A DNA stretch of 53,726 bases. Origin: Sandaracinaceae bacterium (GTDB lineage: Bacteria; Myxococcota_A; Polyangia; Polyangiales; Sandaracinaceae). The stretch is taken from the NCBI GenBank assembly GCA_044220955.1, contig JBGAQA010000017.1:1-53726 (forward strand). Reading direction: 5' to 3'. Position numbers and translations under genes: made by a program. Each line of letters begins with the position of its first letter. The first letter of the stretch is position 1. The notes below the pieces were generated by a model. The model was not told the DNA's origin. It saw only the letters and a list, made by a program, of their open reading frames with translations, and ran no database searches. Below are positions 26,079 to 35,424 of this stretch, piece after piece.

Positions 26079-27179
26079 TCAGCGGCAGTTGCCGTCGACG
26101 CAGTTCTGGCCGGGCATGCAGTCGCCGACGGCGCTGCAGTTGCTCGTCGCTTCGTTCGTCGTCGCGCAGACCATGTCGATGCAGAAGTTGGTCTGCACGT
26201 CGAAGAGCGGGCACTGCGCGTCCTGCGTGCACGGCGAGCGGCACGCGCCGTTGTGGCAGACCGCGCCCGACGCGCAGGGCCGACCGTTGCCGCACGCGGG
26301 GTTGGTCCGGGTGTCGAGACGGCAGACGCCGCCGTCGCAGTAGTCGCCCGCAGGGCAGTCGCTGTCGACCGCGCAGCCCGCGAAGCAGCGCCCGTCGACG
26401 CAGGTCTGGCCCGCGCCGCAGTCCGCGTTCGTGCCGCAGCCCGTGACCGGCGGGATGGTCTCGTGGCAGTAGCCGTCGGCGCCGCAGGTGGCGGTGCCCG
26501 CGCAGGGGTTGCTCGCGCCGCACGCCGTCGTGCACTGCTGGTTCACGCACGCGCGGGCGGCGCCGCACTCGGTGCTGAACTGGCAGATCTCGACGAGGGG
26601 GATGCAGACGCCGGCGACGCACGTCGCGGTCGAGGCGCAGGGCGAGGTCGCGCTGCAGCCGACCTGGTGGGGGTTCTCCACGCAGCCGCCGTTGACGCAC
26701 GAGTAGCCGCTGGAGCACTCGTGTCCGGGGGAGTCGCAGCCGGGGCGGCACTCGCCGTGGCCCATCGCGTCGATGACGCACACGAGCGAGCCGTCGCCGA
26801 CCGTGTCGCACTGCGCGCTCGTGGTGCACGAGCAGTCCGTCGCCGTCGGCATCGGCTCGCGCGGCCCGAGGCAGAAGCCGCTCGTCGACTCGGCGAGCGG
26901 CCGGCACGTCGTCCCGTCGGGGCAACCGACACCGCCGACGGTGCACGTGATCGTGCAGCCGAGGGACGTGCAGGTCGAGCCCGACATGCCGCACTCGTAG
27001 CTGCACCCACAGGTGCTCCGCGTCGGCGGGTTCACTGCGCGGCAGCCGAGCCCATCGCAGAAGTAGCAGCCCGTGTCGTCGCAGTAGCGGCTCTCGTTGC
27101 TACAGCCCACGAGCGAGAACGATGCGAGACCGAGCAGGCTCACGGCCAACAAGACTCGCGGGAAGCGATGAGTGTCCAC
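26079..27179 (-). CDS. Cys-rich repeat (EGF/Dickkopf-like) lipoprotein
   Basis: GTG at 27179 after a GGAGG SD; lipobox LVGC; tandem C-x4-5-C-x4-5-C-x4-C units through to the C-terminus. Confidence 0.8.
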   Translation of the reverse strand: MDTHRFPRVLLAVSLLGLASFSLVGCSNESRYCDDTGCYFCDGLGCRAVNPPTRSTCGCSYECGMSGSTCTSLGCTITCTVGGVGCPDGTTCRPLAESTSGFCLGPREPMPTATDCSCTTSAQCDTVGDGSLVCVIDAMGHGECRPGCDSPGHECSSGYSCVNGGCVENPHQVGCSATSPCASTATCVAGVCIPLVEICQFSTECGAARACVNQQCTTACGASNPCAGTATCGADGYCHETIPPVTGCGTNADCGAGQTCVDGRCFAGCAVDSDCPAGDYCDGGVCRLDTRTNPACGNGRPCASGAVCHNGACRSPCTQDAQCPLFDVQTNFCIDMVCATTNEATSNCSAVGDCMPGQNCVDGNCR

Positions 27180-27228
27180 GTCGCACCTCCCCCGAGGCGG
27201 CGGGCGCCTCGGGCTTCGGCCGGGTCCT

Positions 27229-27244
27229 TCCAAGATCCGGGCCA
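27229..27244 (-). promoter_or_regulatory. Putative sigma-54 (-24/-12) promoter
   Basis: The minus strand reads TGGCCCGGATCTTGGA against consensus TGGCACG-N4-TTGC, about 50 bp upstream of the 27179 start. Confidence 0.55.
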
Positions 27245-27374
27245 GGGGCGAACAGCGCCCCGTCCGCGCCATTGTGAGCGAATCGCGGACGATCCGCGAG
27301 AACCGTGCGGGTGGCGCGAACCCTCGTTCACATGCGCCGACGTGAACGTGCCCGGCGGCGTGTACACTCCGCGG

Positions 27375-27974
27375 GTGTCTCGGGTCGCCTTCGCGTTCGG
27401 CGTCTTGCTGGGCACGGGCTGTGCGCCCGCGGCCGTGACGGGTCCCGGGCCGGCGCGCACCGTCACCGTGCTCGCGGCGGCGCTCCGCGGCGCGGACGTG
27501 GCGGCCATCGCGGGCGCGACCGGTCGCTCGGAGGCGGACGTCGCGGCCAGCGAGGCGACGAATGGGCGCGAGCTGAGCGCCCTCGGCGAGACGCTCGCCC
27601 GTGCGCCCGTCGAGCGCGCGGCGCGGGTCACCTCCGCCGACGGGACCGTCGTCGCCCTGGTCCTGGACGGCGACGCGTGGCGCGTCGATCGGGGCGTGCT
27701 GGGCCGGCCCTGCCTCGATCGCCCGGCCGACGCGGTGGTGGCGCTCCACGACGCGCTCGCCCGCTCACGTCTTCAGGCCGCGCTGCGGCTCCTGGCCCGC
27801 GGGCCGCGCGCGGAGCTCGAGGCCGAGCTCGCCCGCTGGATCGACGGAACGGCCGACCCGGACGCGCTCGAGGTCAGTGTCCAGGGGGAGGCCGCGACGG
27901 TTCGTACGCCCACGGGCGAGCAGCTCGAGCTGGTCCGCGAGTCGGGCCAGTGGCGCGTGGTCGAGATCCGCTAG
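27375..27974 (+). CDS. Hypothetical lipoprotein with two NTF2-like repeats
   Basis: GTG at 27375; lipobox GTGC; repeated LVLDGDAWRV / LVRESGQWRV strands. Confidence 0.6.
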   Translation: MSRVAFAFGVLLGTGCAPAAVTGPGPARTVTVLAAALRGADVAAIAGATGRSEADVAASEATNGRELSALGETLARAPVERAARVTSADGTVVALVLDGDAWRVDRGVLGRPCLDRPADAVVALHDALARSRLQAALRLLARGPRAELEAELARWIDGTADPDALEVSVQGEAATVRTPTGEQLELVRESGQWRVVEIR

Positions 27975-27976
27975 CT

Positions 27977-28621
27977 TCAGTGGAGGTAGAGCGACGCGCC
28001 GGCGCCCTGGAGGAAGTCGCGCATCGTGCTCGGCACGCGGAGCGACCAGTACTGGATGTCCCCGACCAACATCGACACGAGCGGGTTGTCGCCTGGGTCT
28101 GCGAGCACCGCCCAGACGAGCAGCGAGGCGTCCGAGTCGCCGGGCCAGCCGTGCACCTCGAGGAATCCGTGCGCCGCGCGGACGTCGTGCGGGCGGCCCG
28201 GCTCCACCTCGAAGGTCGCGCGCTGCGCCTCGTCGTCGAACTCCACACGGAGCGTGTAGCGCGCGTCGATGGGACCGTAGCTGTGGCGCACGCCGACGAA
28301 CTGGGCATCGCCGTCGGCCTGCTCGGCGCGAGTCTCGGCGGTCTCGGGCAGCATGTCGTGCCAGCGGCCGACGTCGCGCACGCCGCGCCAGACCTCGGCG
28401 CGCGGGCGCGTGACCCGCTGGTAGCTGCTGCCCCCGACCCACTCGTGGTCGCCGCGCGTCTCGCGGCGCGGGCGCGCGACCAGCTCGCCGCGCCCGAGCA
28501 GATCGCGCTCGCGGGTCGTGAACTCGCCCTGCTGGCCCTGCGCGCGCGGGACGCTCAGCGCGACGGCGCAGAGACCGAGCGCGGCGGCGAGGAGCGCGGA
28601 GGTGGGGCGGCGAGCGAGCAC
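27977..28621 (-). CDS. Exported SRPBCC family protein
   Basis: GTG at 28621; signal peptide ending AQG; VTRPRAEVWRGVRDVGRWHDMLP. Confidence 0.65.
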   Translation of the reverse strand: MLARRPTSALLAAALGLCAVALSVPRAQGQQGEFTTRERDLLGRGELVARPRRETRGDHEWVGGSSYQRVTRPRAEVWRGVRDVGRWHDMLPETAETRAEQADGDAQFVGVRHSYGPIDARYTLRVEFDDEAQRATFEVEPGRPHDVRAAHGFLEVHGWPGDSDASLLVWAVLADPGDNPLVSMLVGDIQYWSLRVPSTMRDFLQGAGASLYLH

Positions 28622-28682
28622 GATCGACCTACTCTGGTACGAACCGGGCCCGAGCGGTATTCGTTCCGTCGCCACGGTCGCG

Positions 28683-29519
28683 CTACGTGCCGTCGGGTAG
28701 GGCATCCGTGTCGCTGTGCGGGGCCGGGGGCGCCCCCGGGTACCACGCGTGGAAGGGCTCGCGGTCCTCGCAAGCCGGCCGATCGGCGGGTGGGCAGTAG
28801 ATCCGGACGTGGAAGTGGTTCCGATGGGGGTGCCCGTGCGAGGGCTGCATGAGGACGGTCTCGGCGCGGTGGATGGTGCGCGCGGGCGCGTGGCGGCGTC
28901 GGGCCGTCGCGAGCAGGCGGGCGCGGAGGGTGTCCGCCACGAAGATGTACTGCACCCGCGCGTCCGGATCGGTGACGAGGCGCGCGACCAGCTCCCAGTT
29001 GCGGACGTCGTCGAAGCGCAGCGACTCGTTGGGCGGCAGTCCGTGGCCGTGGCGATCGAAGTTCGCGAACGCGAACGGGTCGTAGGGCTCGCCGGCGGCG
29101 TCGAGCATGTAGAAGGAGAGGTCGACGTCGCGGCCGTTGCGGTGCGAGCGATGCCCGGCGAGCGCGCCGCCGCGCTGCGCGGAGAGCTCACCGATCGAGA
29201 GGCGTCCGCCCGGCGCGCGTCGAGCGACCTGGGCCGCCGCGCGCTGGATCAGGTGCACGAGCTCCTCGGTGCCGTAGAAGTGGCCGCCCGCCGCGTACTC
29301 GCCCGCATAGCGGATCTGCTCGGACTCCGGGAGCAGGACGCCGTGGCGCAGGCTGCCTCGGAAGGGCAGACCGACCGACTGCGAGGGGGGCGTCGCGGGG
29401 CGCGCCCGCCGCGCGCGCGGGCGGGCGCCCGTCTCGCCGGGCGTCGCCGAGGCCGGGCTCAGGGCGGTCGCGAGGACGAGCCCTGCGAGCATCGGCACGA
29501 GCCAGCGAGCGCGCAGCAT
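28683..29519 (-). CDS. mepA: Penicillin-insensitive murein endopeptidase
   Basis: Signal peptide; SVGLPFRGSLRHG, IGELSAQRGG, HRSHRNGRDVD and HRNHFHVRIYCP. Confidence 0.88.
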   Translation of the reverse strand: MLRARWLVPMLAGLVLATALSPASATPGETGARPRARRARPATPPSQSVGLPFRGSLRHGVLLPESEQIRYAGEYAAGGHFYGTEELVHLIQRAAAQVARRAPGGRLSIGELSAQRGGALAGHRSHRNGRDVDLSFYMLDAAGEPYDPFAFANFDRHGHGLPPNESLRFDDVRNWELVARLVTDPDARVQYIFVADTLRARLLATARRRHAPARTIHRAETVLMQPSHGHPHRNHFHVRIYCPPADRPACEDREPFHAWYPGAPPAPHSDTDALPDGT

Positions 29520-29578
29520 GCCCCCGAGAGAGCCCGAGGCCGCAGCGGGCGGCAAGAAAACGGCTACGCTGCGCGCGA

Positions 29579-30661
29579 ATGTGGCTTCGCGCGTCGATCG
29601 TCGTGCTCCTCGTGGCCTGCGGTGGGGCGCAGCACCCGCCCGCCCGCGCGGACGCGGGACCGGAGAGCCCACCGGACGATCCGCCCGCGCTGCCGAGCCA
29701 GCGTGCCCTCGCGGCGGACGCGACGTTCGGCGATCTCGTCGCGGCGGCGGTGCACGAGGACGAGATGCGCGCCTCGGACTCGGACGCCGGGTGCCTCCTG
29801 CGCCCGCGTCCCGACGGGTACGACCTCGCCGCCGATCTCTCCGTCGCGGTCCGCGGACTGCCCCCCGCCGCGACGGGGCTCCGGGCGCGCGTCGCGGGGA
29901 GCGGCGGACGAGCGCGCGTCCTCACGCGCCTCGGCAGCTACGGCACGTCGAGCCCGCTCGTCGCCGTCGCGCTGACGACGCTCGCGGGCGCGCCCACGCG
30001 CACGGGCCTGCTCGTCGTGCTGACGCGCTCGGGGGCGCACGTGCTCCGCACGGACGCGAGCGCCGGCATGCGGGAAGCCCCGAGCCTCGAGGAGGCGTCG
30101 TCGCTCGTCGATGCGGCGGCGCGGGGGTCGAGCGACGTCGTCTTCGTCACGGCCGACGGCGACGTCCCGCTCTCCGACGTCGCCGGGTTCCTGCGAGGCC
30201 TCGATGCCTCGCTCGACGGACGCGTCGCGCTCGCGGCGGTGCTGCCGGAGGACGCCCGCGCGCCAGAGGACGCAGCGCCTGCGATCGACGTCGCGCCCGT
30301 CTGCCAGGGGCTTCCCGCCCTCCCGGACGACGCGCCGACGGGCGAGGTGGATCCCGCGGATCTGCGCGCAGCGCTCTCCTCTTCGCTCGTCCCGGCCGCG
30401 CAGGCGTGCGTGGCGACGAGCGCGAGCGGGCTCGGGGGGCTCTTGCGCGTCGCGTTCCGGATCGGGCCGGACGGCCACGTGATCGACGCGTGCGTGACCG
30501 AGGACGTGACCGGGGACGCGACGCTGCGCGCGTGTCTGCTCGACGCAGTGCGCGCGCTGGCGCTGCCTCGCCCGAGCGGCGGCGCCGTGGACGTGGAGCT
30601 GCCGCTGCGCCTCGAGCTGGCGCAGGATCCGCCACACCACCAGCGCGCTCTCTGCGAGTGA
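29579..30661 (+). CDS. Lipoprotein with AgmX/PglI (TonB-C-like) C-terminal domain
   Basis: Lipobox LVAC; C-domain AQAC...VAFRIGPDGHV...RACLLDAVRALALPRPSGGAVDVELPL. Confidence 0.65.
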   Translation: MWLRASIVVLLVACGGAQHPPARADAGPESPPDDPPALPSQRALAADATFGDLVAAAVHEDEMRASDSDAGCLLRPRPDGYDLAADLSVAVRGLPPAATGLRARVAGSGGRARVLTRLGSYGTSSPLVAVALTTLAGAPTRTGLLVVLTRSGAHVLRTDASAGMREAPSLEEASSLVDAAARGSSDVVFVTADGDVPLSDVAGFLRGLDASLDGRVALAAVLPEDARAPEDAAPAIDVAPVCQGLPALPDDAPTGEVDPADLRAALSSSLVPAAQACVATSASGLGGLLRVAFRIGPDGHVIDACVTEDVTGDATLRACLLDAVRALALPRPSGGAVDVELPLRLELAQDPPHHQRALCE

Positions 30662-30667
30662 CCCCGA

Positions 30668-31993
30668 TCAGCACCCAGGGGGCGCGGCGTCGGGCACGCT
30701 CGCCGGAGGCGTCGCGAACGCGGGCGTGCCGAAGTCGAAGAAGTCGAGCATCGCGTCCGCGTTCGCGTCGCGCCCGGTGAGCGCGGGCAGGCCGAACAGC
30801 GCCTGCACGAAGCGCAGGATGCTGCTGTGGTGGTGCGTCAGGTGCGAGACGTACGCCGGGCGCGCGTAGGGCGACACGACCGCCACCGGCACGCGGGCCC
30901 CGAGCACGTCGAAGTCGCGCTCGGACGGCGCCGCGAGGCATGCGGGCGGTGGGGGCACGTGATCGAAGAAGCCGCCGCCCTCGTCGTACGTGTAGAACAC
31001 GGCGAGATGCGGCCAGAGCGGGCTCGTCATCGCGTGCGTGACGACGTCCCGGACGTCTCGCTCGCCGTCGTGGATGCTCCCCGGGGGGTGCTCGTCGTGC
31101 GGCTCGAGGTCCACGAACGTGACGGGCGGGATGACGCCCGCGTCGAGGTCCGGGAGGAGCTCCGAGTAGAGGTGCACACCGACGTGATCGAGGGCCCAGC
31201 CGAGCGTCCCCGAGAGCACCTCGGTGGTGCTCGCGTTGTACTCGGCCCACGCGACCCCGGCCGTATCGAGCTGGTCGAACACCGTCGGCACGTCCGGATA
31301 GCCGCCCCCGGTGAAGTAGACGCCGTCGCTCGTGCCGGCGTAGAGGTAGTCGCGGTTCGGGTAGGTGCCGCTGAGCACGCTGGCGAAGTAGCGGTCGCTC
31401 GTCGCGAACGTCGTCAGCATCCAGCTGTAGAAGGGGTGGTCGGCGTCCTCGTAGTAGCCGAGCGCGCCGACGCCGTTGACGCCCGCCCATCCATCCATCG
31501 CGCCGTGGTTCCAGCCCGCGTGCATCTCGAGCCACTGGTGGCCGACGTCCGGGACGCAGGGCGTGGTCAGGTGGAAGGGCGCGACGTCGGCTCCCATCCG
31601 CCGGTTCGTATAGCCCGGCGGGATGCCCTCCGTGCCGTGGCCGAGCGTGCCGAACATGTGGTCGAACGAGCGGTTCTCCTGGACCAGGATGATCACGTGG
31701 GTGATCGCCGCGCGCAGGCCGGTGAGATCGCCGAGCGTGTCCTCGGGCCGGGCGCCGGCGGCGAACGCGCACAGCTCGCGCTCGCCCCAGTGTGGGTCGA
31801 CGCCCGGGCCCCCGTCCGGCGGCGTCACGGGGGCGTCGACGGCGGCGTCGGTCCCCGCGTCCCGCGCGCGCGCGGCATCGGGCCCGGCGTCGTCGGTCGC
31901 GGCATCCGTCGTCGCGGCGTCGTCGGGCGGCGCGGGGCTGCCCGGGCAGCCCGAGAGCGCGACCGAGACGAGCGTCAAGAGCAGGGGACGCAT
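30668..31993 (-). CDS. Phosphoesterase (phospholipase C / acid phosphatase family) lipoprotein
   Basis: ATG at 31993; lipobox LSGC; ITHVIILVQENRSFDHMFG, TYPNR, DEHPP, TYDEGGGFFDHV and GARVP. Confidence 0.9.
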   Translation of the reverse strand: MRPLLLTLVSVALSGCPGSPAPPDDAATTDAATDDAGPDAARARDAGTDAAVDAPVTPPDGGPGVDPHWGERELCAFAAGARPEDTLGDLTGLRAAITHVIILVQENRSFDHMFGTLGHGTEGIPPGYTNRRMGADVAPFHLTTPCVPDVGHQWLEMHAGWNHGAMDGWAGVNGVGALGYYEDADHPFYSWMLTTFATSDRYFASVLSGTYPNRDYLYAGTSDGVYFTGGGYPDVPTVFDQLDTAGVAWAEYNASTTEVLSGTLGWALDHVGVHLYSELLPDLDAGVIPPVTFVDLEPHDEHPPGSIHDGERDVRDVVTHAMTSPLWPHLAVFYTYDEGGGFFDHVPPPPACLAAPSERDFDVLGARVPVAVVSPYARPAYVSHLTHHHSSILRFVQALFGLPALTGRDANADAMLDFFDFGTPAFATPPASVPDAAPPGC

Positions 31994-32000
31994 GCCGCCC

Positions 32001-33686
32001 TCACAGCGCGGGAAGGGTGCGCTCGAACACGAGGTAGCGGCGCTCGAGCTCCCACTGCACCTGCGCTCGCTCGCTCGCATCGAGGTAGCTCTGGCAGGTC
32101 GCCGTGGCCGTCTCGGTGATCGGATCACACGCCGCGACCGGCGTGGCGGGCGAGAGGGAGGCCCACAGGCTCGCCCCGGGCAAGAACGCGTGCTCGAGGC
32201 TGGCGCGGGCCATCGCCTTGAGCTGGCGGTAGCCGAGGTGCTGGTCGGTCACGGCGCGCACGTACTCGCCCGCCATGCTCGAGCGCGACACGCCCTGATC
32301 GTCGGTCGCGAGCGCGACGGGCACGCCGTGGGCGAGGTACTGGGCGAGCGGGTGGGACGAGCCGCTGACCTCCAGGATCTGCGTGTTGCTGCTGAGGCAG
32401 ACCTCGACCAGGACGTCCATCGCCGCCATCTCGTCCATGAGCCCGCTCGGGTCCGTCTCGGACAGCACGTCGATGCCGTGTCCGATGCGCTCGGCGTGGC
32501 CGGTCTCGACCGCGCGGCGGATGTGGAACGTGTTGGCCGTGCTCCCGGCCGGCAGGTATGCGGGCGTCAGCTCGCCGGCGTGCAGCGTCACGTGAAGCGG
32601 GCTCGTCCCGCTCGTCGTGTAGTGCGTGTGCAGGAAGTCGAGCATCGCCATGTGCAGGTCGTAGTTGTTGATGGCGCGGCTGTCGTCCTCGGGCGACGAG
32701 AGGTTGGCCGCCACGAGCTCCGGCGCCATCGCCGCCATCTCGTACGCGCTCACCAGCTGCCCGAAGATCTGGTCGTTGCCGCCGGTGCGCGAGACCTGGG
32801 CGATGAAGCGGATCTCGACGTCGCAGGCCGGTGGGGGGCTCGCCCCCGCGCACCCGAGGGCGCTGCGGTAGCCGTCGCGCGCGGCGCGCACCGCCGCGAC
32901 GTCCTGCGCGAGCTCGGAGGCGAACGTCGGTGCCGACGTCAGCATCGCGTGGAAGGTGGGCAGGTCCGTGGGCGTCACGGTGCCCGACCAGAGCGAGCTG
33001 GCGAGCGATCCGACGTTGGTCCCGAGGTTGAGCATCGTCTCGACGTAGACCTGGTTCTCGCTCGCGGCGCGCGCGAGCACGTCCGCGATGTCGTCTGCGC
33101 GGTGCGCGCCGGCGACCGCTCCGAACTTGCCGAAGGTCGCGAAGAAGTGGTCGTGGCCCGTCTCGGCGCCGCCCGGCACGAAGCCCTCCATCGACCACGC
33201 CGCGACGATCTGATCGAAGAATGCGGAGCCGCTCGCGGGGGTCGGCATCGTGCTCGCCGAGCACTGGCTGCGGTACACGGCAGCGAGCGTGCTCGTGTTG
33301 ATGCAGTCGCCGTCCATGCGCGCCCACTCGAGGTACGTCTCGGCATAGACGGCGCCGGTGAGGTGGTTGTGCAGGTCGCCGCCCTTGGGCATCGCGCGCA
33401 CGAACGCAGCGAGGGCCGCGGGATCGGCGGCGACGGCATCGAGCCGGTCCGAGGCCGCCTGCTCGCACGCGGCGGCGGTGGCGCACGCCGTGAGCCCGCC
33501 GTCGTTCCCGGGGCCCGCGTCGTTCCCGGGGCCCGCGTCGTTCCCGGGGCCCGCGTCCCCGCCCACGAACGCGTCGCCCGTCGATCCGTCGGAGCCCGGA
33601 TCGACGCCGCCGTCCAGCGCGGGCCCGGGCGGGGCACACCCGGCGGCCACGAGAAAAAGGTACCCCACGAGCGAGAGCGAGCGCAT
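32001..33686 (-). CDS. Adenosine deaminase family lipoprotein (secreted ADA2/ADGF-like)
   Basis: Lipobox AAGC; MPKGGDLHNHLTG, LHAGE, RIGHG, EVCLSSN and ATDD. Confidence 0.88.
   Translation of the reverse strand: MRSLSLVGYLFLVAAGCAPPGPALDGGVDPGSDGSTGDAFVGGDAGPGNDAGPGNDAGPGNDGGLTACATAAACEQAASDRLDAVAADPAALAAFVRAMPKGGDLHNHLTGAVYAETYLEWARMDGDCINTSTLAAVYRSQCSASTMPTPASGSAFFDQIVAAWSMEGFVPGGAETGHDHFFATFGKFGAVAGAHRADDIADVLARAASENQVYVETMLNLGTNVGSLASSLWSGTVTPTDLPTFHAMLTSAPTFASELAQDVAAVRAARDGYRSALGCAGASPPPACDVEIRFIAQVSRTGGNDQIFGQLVSAYEMAAMAPELVAANLSSPEDDSRAINNYDLHMAMLDFLHTHYTTSGTSPLHVTLHAGELTPAYLPAGSTANTFHIRRAVETGHAERIGHGIDVLSETDPSGLMDEMAAMDVLVEVCLSSNTQILEVSGSSHPLAQYLAHGVPVALATDDQGVSRSSMAGEYVRAVTDQHLGYRQLKAMARASLEHAFLPGASLWASLSPATPVAACDPITETATATCQSYLDASERAQVQWELERRYLVFERTLPAL
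33501..33554 (+). repeat. Perfect 18-bp tandem repeat x3 (GTCGTTCCCGGGGCCCGC) encoding the AGPGND linker of the deaminase
   Basis: Copies at 33501, 33519 and 33537. Confidence 0.9.
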
Positions 33687-33733
33687 CGCCCACCGTATCC
33701 CAAAAAGGGGCGGAGTGTCGTAGAACGGCCGCG

Positions 33734-35239
33734 ATGACCGGAAACAAAGTCACGCACCTGCTCGCGATCGATCAGGGCACCACGGGCTCGACCGTCCTCG
33801 TCGTCGGCGCGGACGCGCGCGTCCTCGGTCGCAAGACGACCGACTTCGCCCAGCACTTCCCGCAGCCCGGCTGGGTCGAGCACGAGCCCGACGAGATCTG
33901 GAAGAGCGTCGTCGACTCGATCGTCGGCGCGTACGCGGCGGCGGGCGTCGATCCCAAGGAGTGCGTCGGCATCGGCATCACGAACCAGCGCGAGACGACG
34001 GTCGTGTGGGAGCGCGCGGGCGGAAAGCCCATCCACCGCGCCATCGTCTGGCAGGACCGTCGAACGGCCGATCGCTGCCGCGCCCTCAAGGCCGCCGGGC
34101 ACGAGGCGCTCTTCCGCGCGCGCACGGGGCTCGTGCTCGACCCCTACTTCAGCGGGACGAAGGTCGAGTGGATCCTCGACCACGTGGACGGCGCGCGCGC
34201 GCGCGCCGAGAGGGGCGAGCTGGCCTTCGGCACCATCGACTCGTTCCTGGTCTCGCGGCTCTCGGGCGGCGCCGCGCACGTCACCGACACGAGCAACGCG
34301 TCGCGCACGCTGCTCTTCGATCTCGCGAGGCTCGCCTGGGACGCCGAGCTGGCGACGATCCTGCGCGTCCCGACGAGCGTGCTGCCCGAGGTGCGGGCCA
34401 GCTCCGAGGTCGTGGCGCGCACCAAGGGCGTGCCCGGCCTGCCGGACGGGATCCCGATCGCGGGCATCGCGGGCGACCAGCAGTCGGCCCTCTTCGGCCA
34501 GACGTGCTTCTCGCCCGGCGACGCGAAGTGCACGTACGGCACCGGCGCGTTCCTGCTCCTCAACACGGGCGACAAGCCCGTCGCGTCGAAGAACGGCCTG
34601 GTGACGACCGTCGGCTGGACGCGAAACGGCAAGACCGACTACGCGCTCGAGGGCAGCTCGTTCATCGCGGGCGCGGCCGTGCAGTGGCTGCGCGACGGGC
34701 TCGGGATCATCCGGCGCTCCGCCGACGTCGAGGAGCTCGCGCGCAAGGTCGAGTCCTCGGACGGCGTGGTGTTCGTGCCCGCCCTCGCCGGACTGGGGGC
34801 CCCCCACTGGGATCCCGACGCGCGCGGCCTGATCTGCGGCATGACGCGCGGCACGACGGCGGCGCACATCGCCCGCGCGACGCTCGAGGGCATCGCGCTC
34901 TCCGTCGCCGACCTCGGGCGCGCCATGGAGGCCGACCTCGGCGCGCGCATCACGCGCCTGCGGGTGGACGGGGGCGCCTCCGAGAACGCGCTCTTGATGC
35001 AGTACCAGGCGGACGTGCTCGACGTCGGGATCGACCGCCCCGCGAACGTGGAGACGACCGCGCTCGGCGCGGCATACCTCGCGGGTCTCGCCGTCGGGAT
35101 CTACGCGGACCTCGACGCCGTGCGACGGGCCCACCGCATCGCGCGCTCGTTCACGCCGGCGATGGACGAGGCGGCGCGCAGCGCACACCTGTCGCGCTGG
35201 AAGAACGCGGTCGCTCGCGCCCGTGGCGCGATCGCTTGA
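33734..35239 (+). CDS. glpK: Glycerol kinase
   Basis: AIDQGTTGS, GWVEH, GITNQRETT, DPYFSGTK, GDQQSALFGQ, KCTYGTGAF and LRVDGGA. Confidence 0.97.
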   Translation: MTGNKVTHLLAIDQGTTGSTVLVVGADARVLGRKTTDFAQHFPQPGWVEHEPDEIWKSVVDSIVGAYAAAGVDPKECVGIGITNQRETTVVWERAGGKPIHRAIVWQDRRTADRCRALKAAGHEALFRARTGLVLDPYFSGTKVEWILDHVDGARARAERGELAFGTIDSFLVSRLSGGAAHVTDTSNASRTLLFDLARLAWDAELATILRVPTSVLPEVRASSEVVARTKGVPGLPDGIPIAGIAGDQQSALFGQTCFSPGDAKCTYGTGAFLLLNTGDKPVASKNGLVTTVGWTRNGKTDYALEGSSFIAGAAVQWLRDGLGIIRRSADVEELARKVESSDGVVFVPALAGLGAPHWDPDARGLICGMTRGTTAAHIARATLEGIALSVADLGRAMEADLGARITRLRVDGGASENALLMQYQADVLDVGIDRPANVETTALGAAYLAGLAVGIYADLDAVRRAHRIARSFTPAMDEAARSAHLSRWKNAVARARGAIA

Positions 35240-35294
35240 CGCTCCGACGCGCCCCACGTTGACCCTCGGCCGCGGCGCGGCCAGCATCGAGCCC

Positions 35295-35405
35295 ATGCGC
35301 TCGCTCTTCGCTTTCGCGCTCGCTTCTGCCGCGATCTCGTGCACGCCCGCGACGGGGCCGTGCAGCGGCCAGATGGCCGTTTCCGGGAACAGCAACGCGT
35401 ACTAG
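35295..35405 (+). CDS. Possible 36-aa mini-lipoprotein or 5' gene remnant
   Basis: MRSLFAFALASAAISCTPATGPCSGQMAVSGNSNAY*: positive N-terminus, hydrophobic core, lipobox-like AISC. Confidence 0.3.
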   Translation: MRSLFAFALASAAISCTPATGPCSGQMAVSGNSNAY

Positions 35406-35424
35406 GATGTAGAAGATTGGGGCG

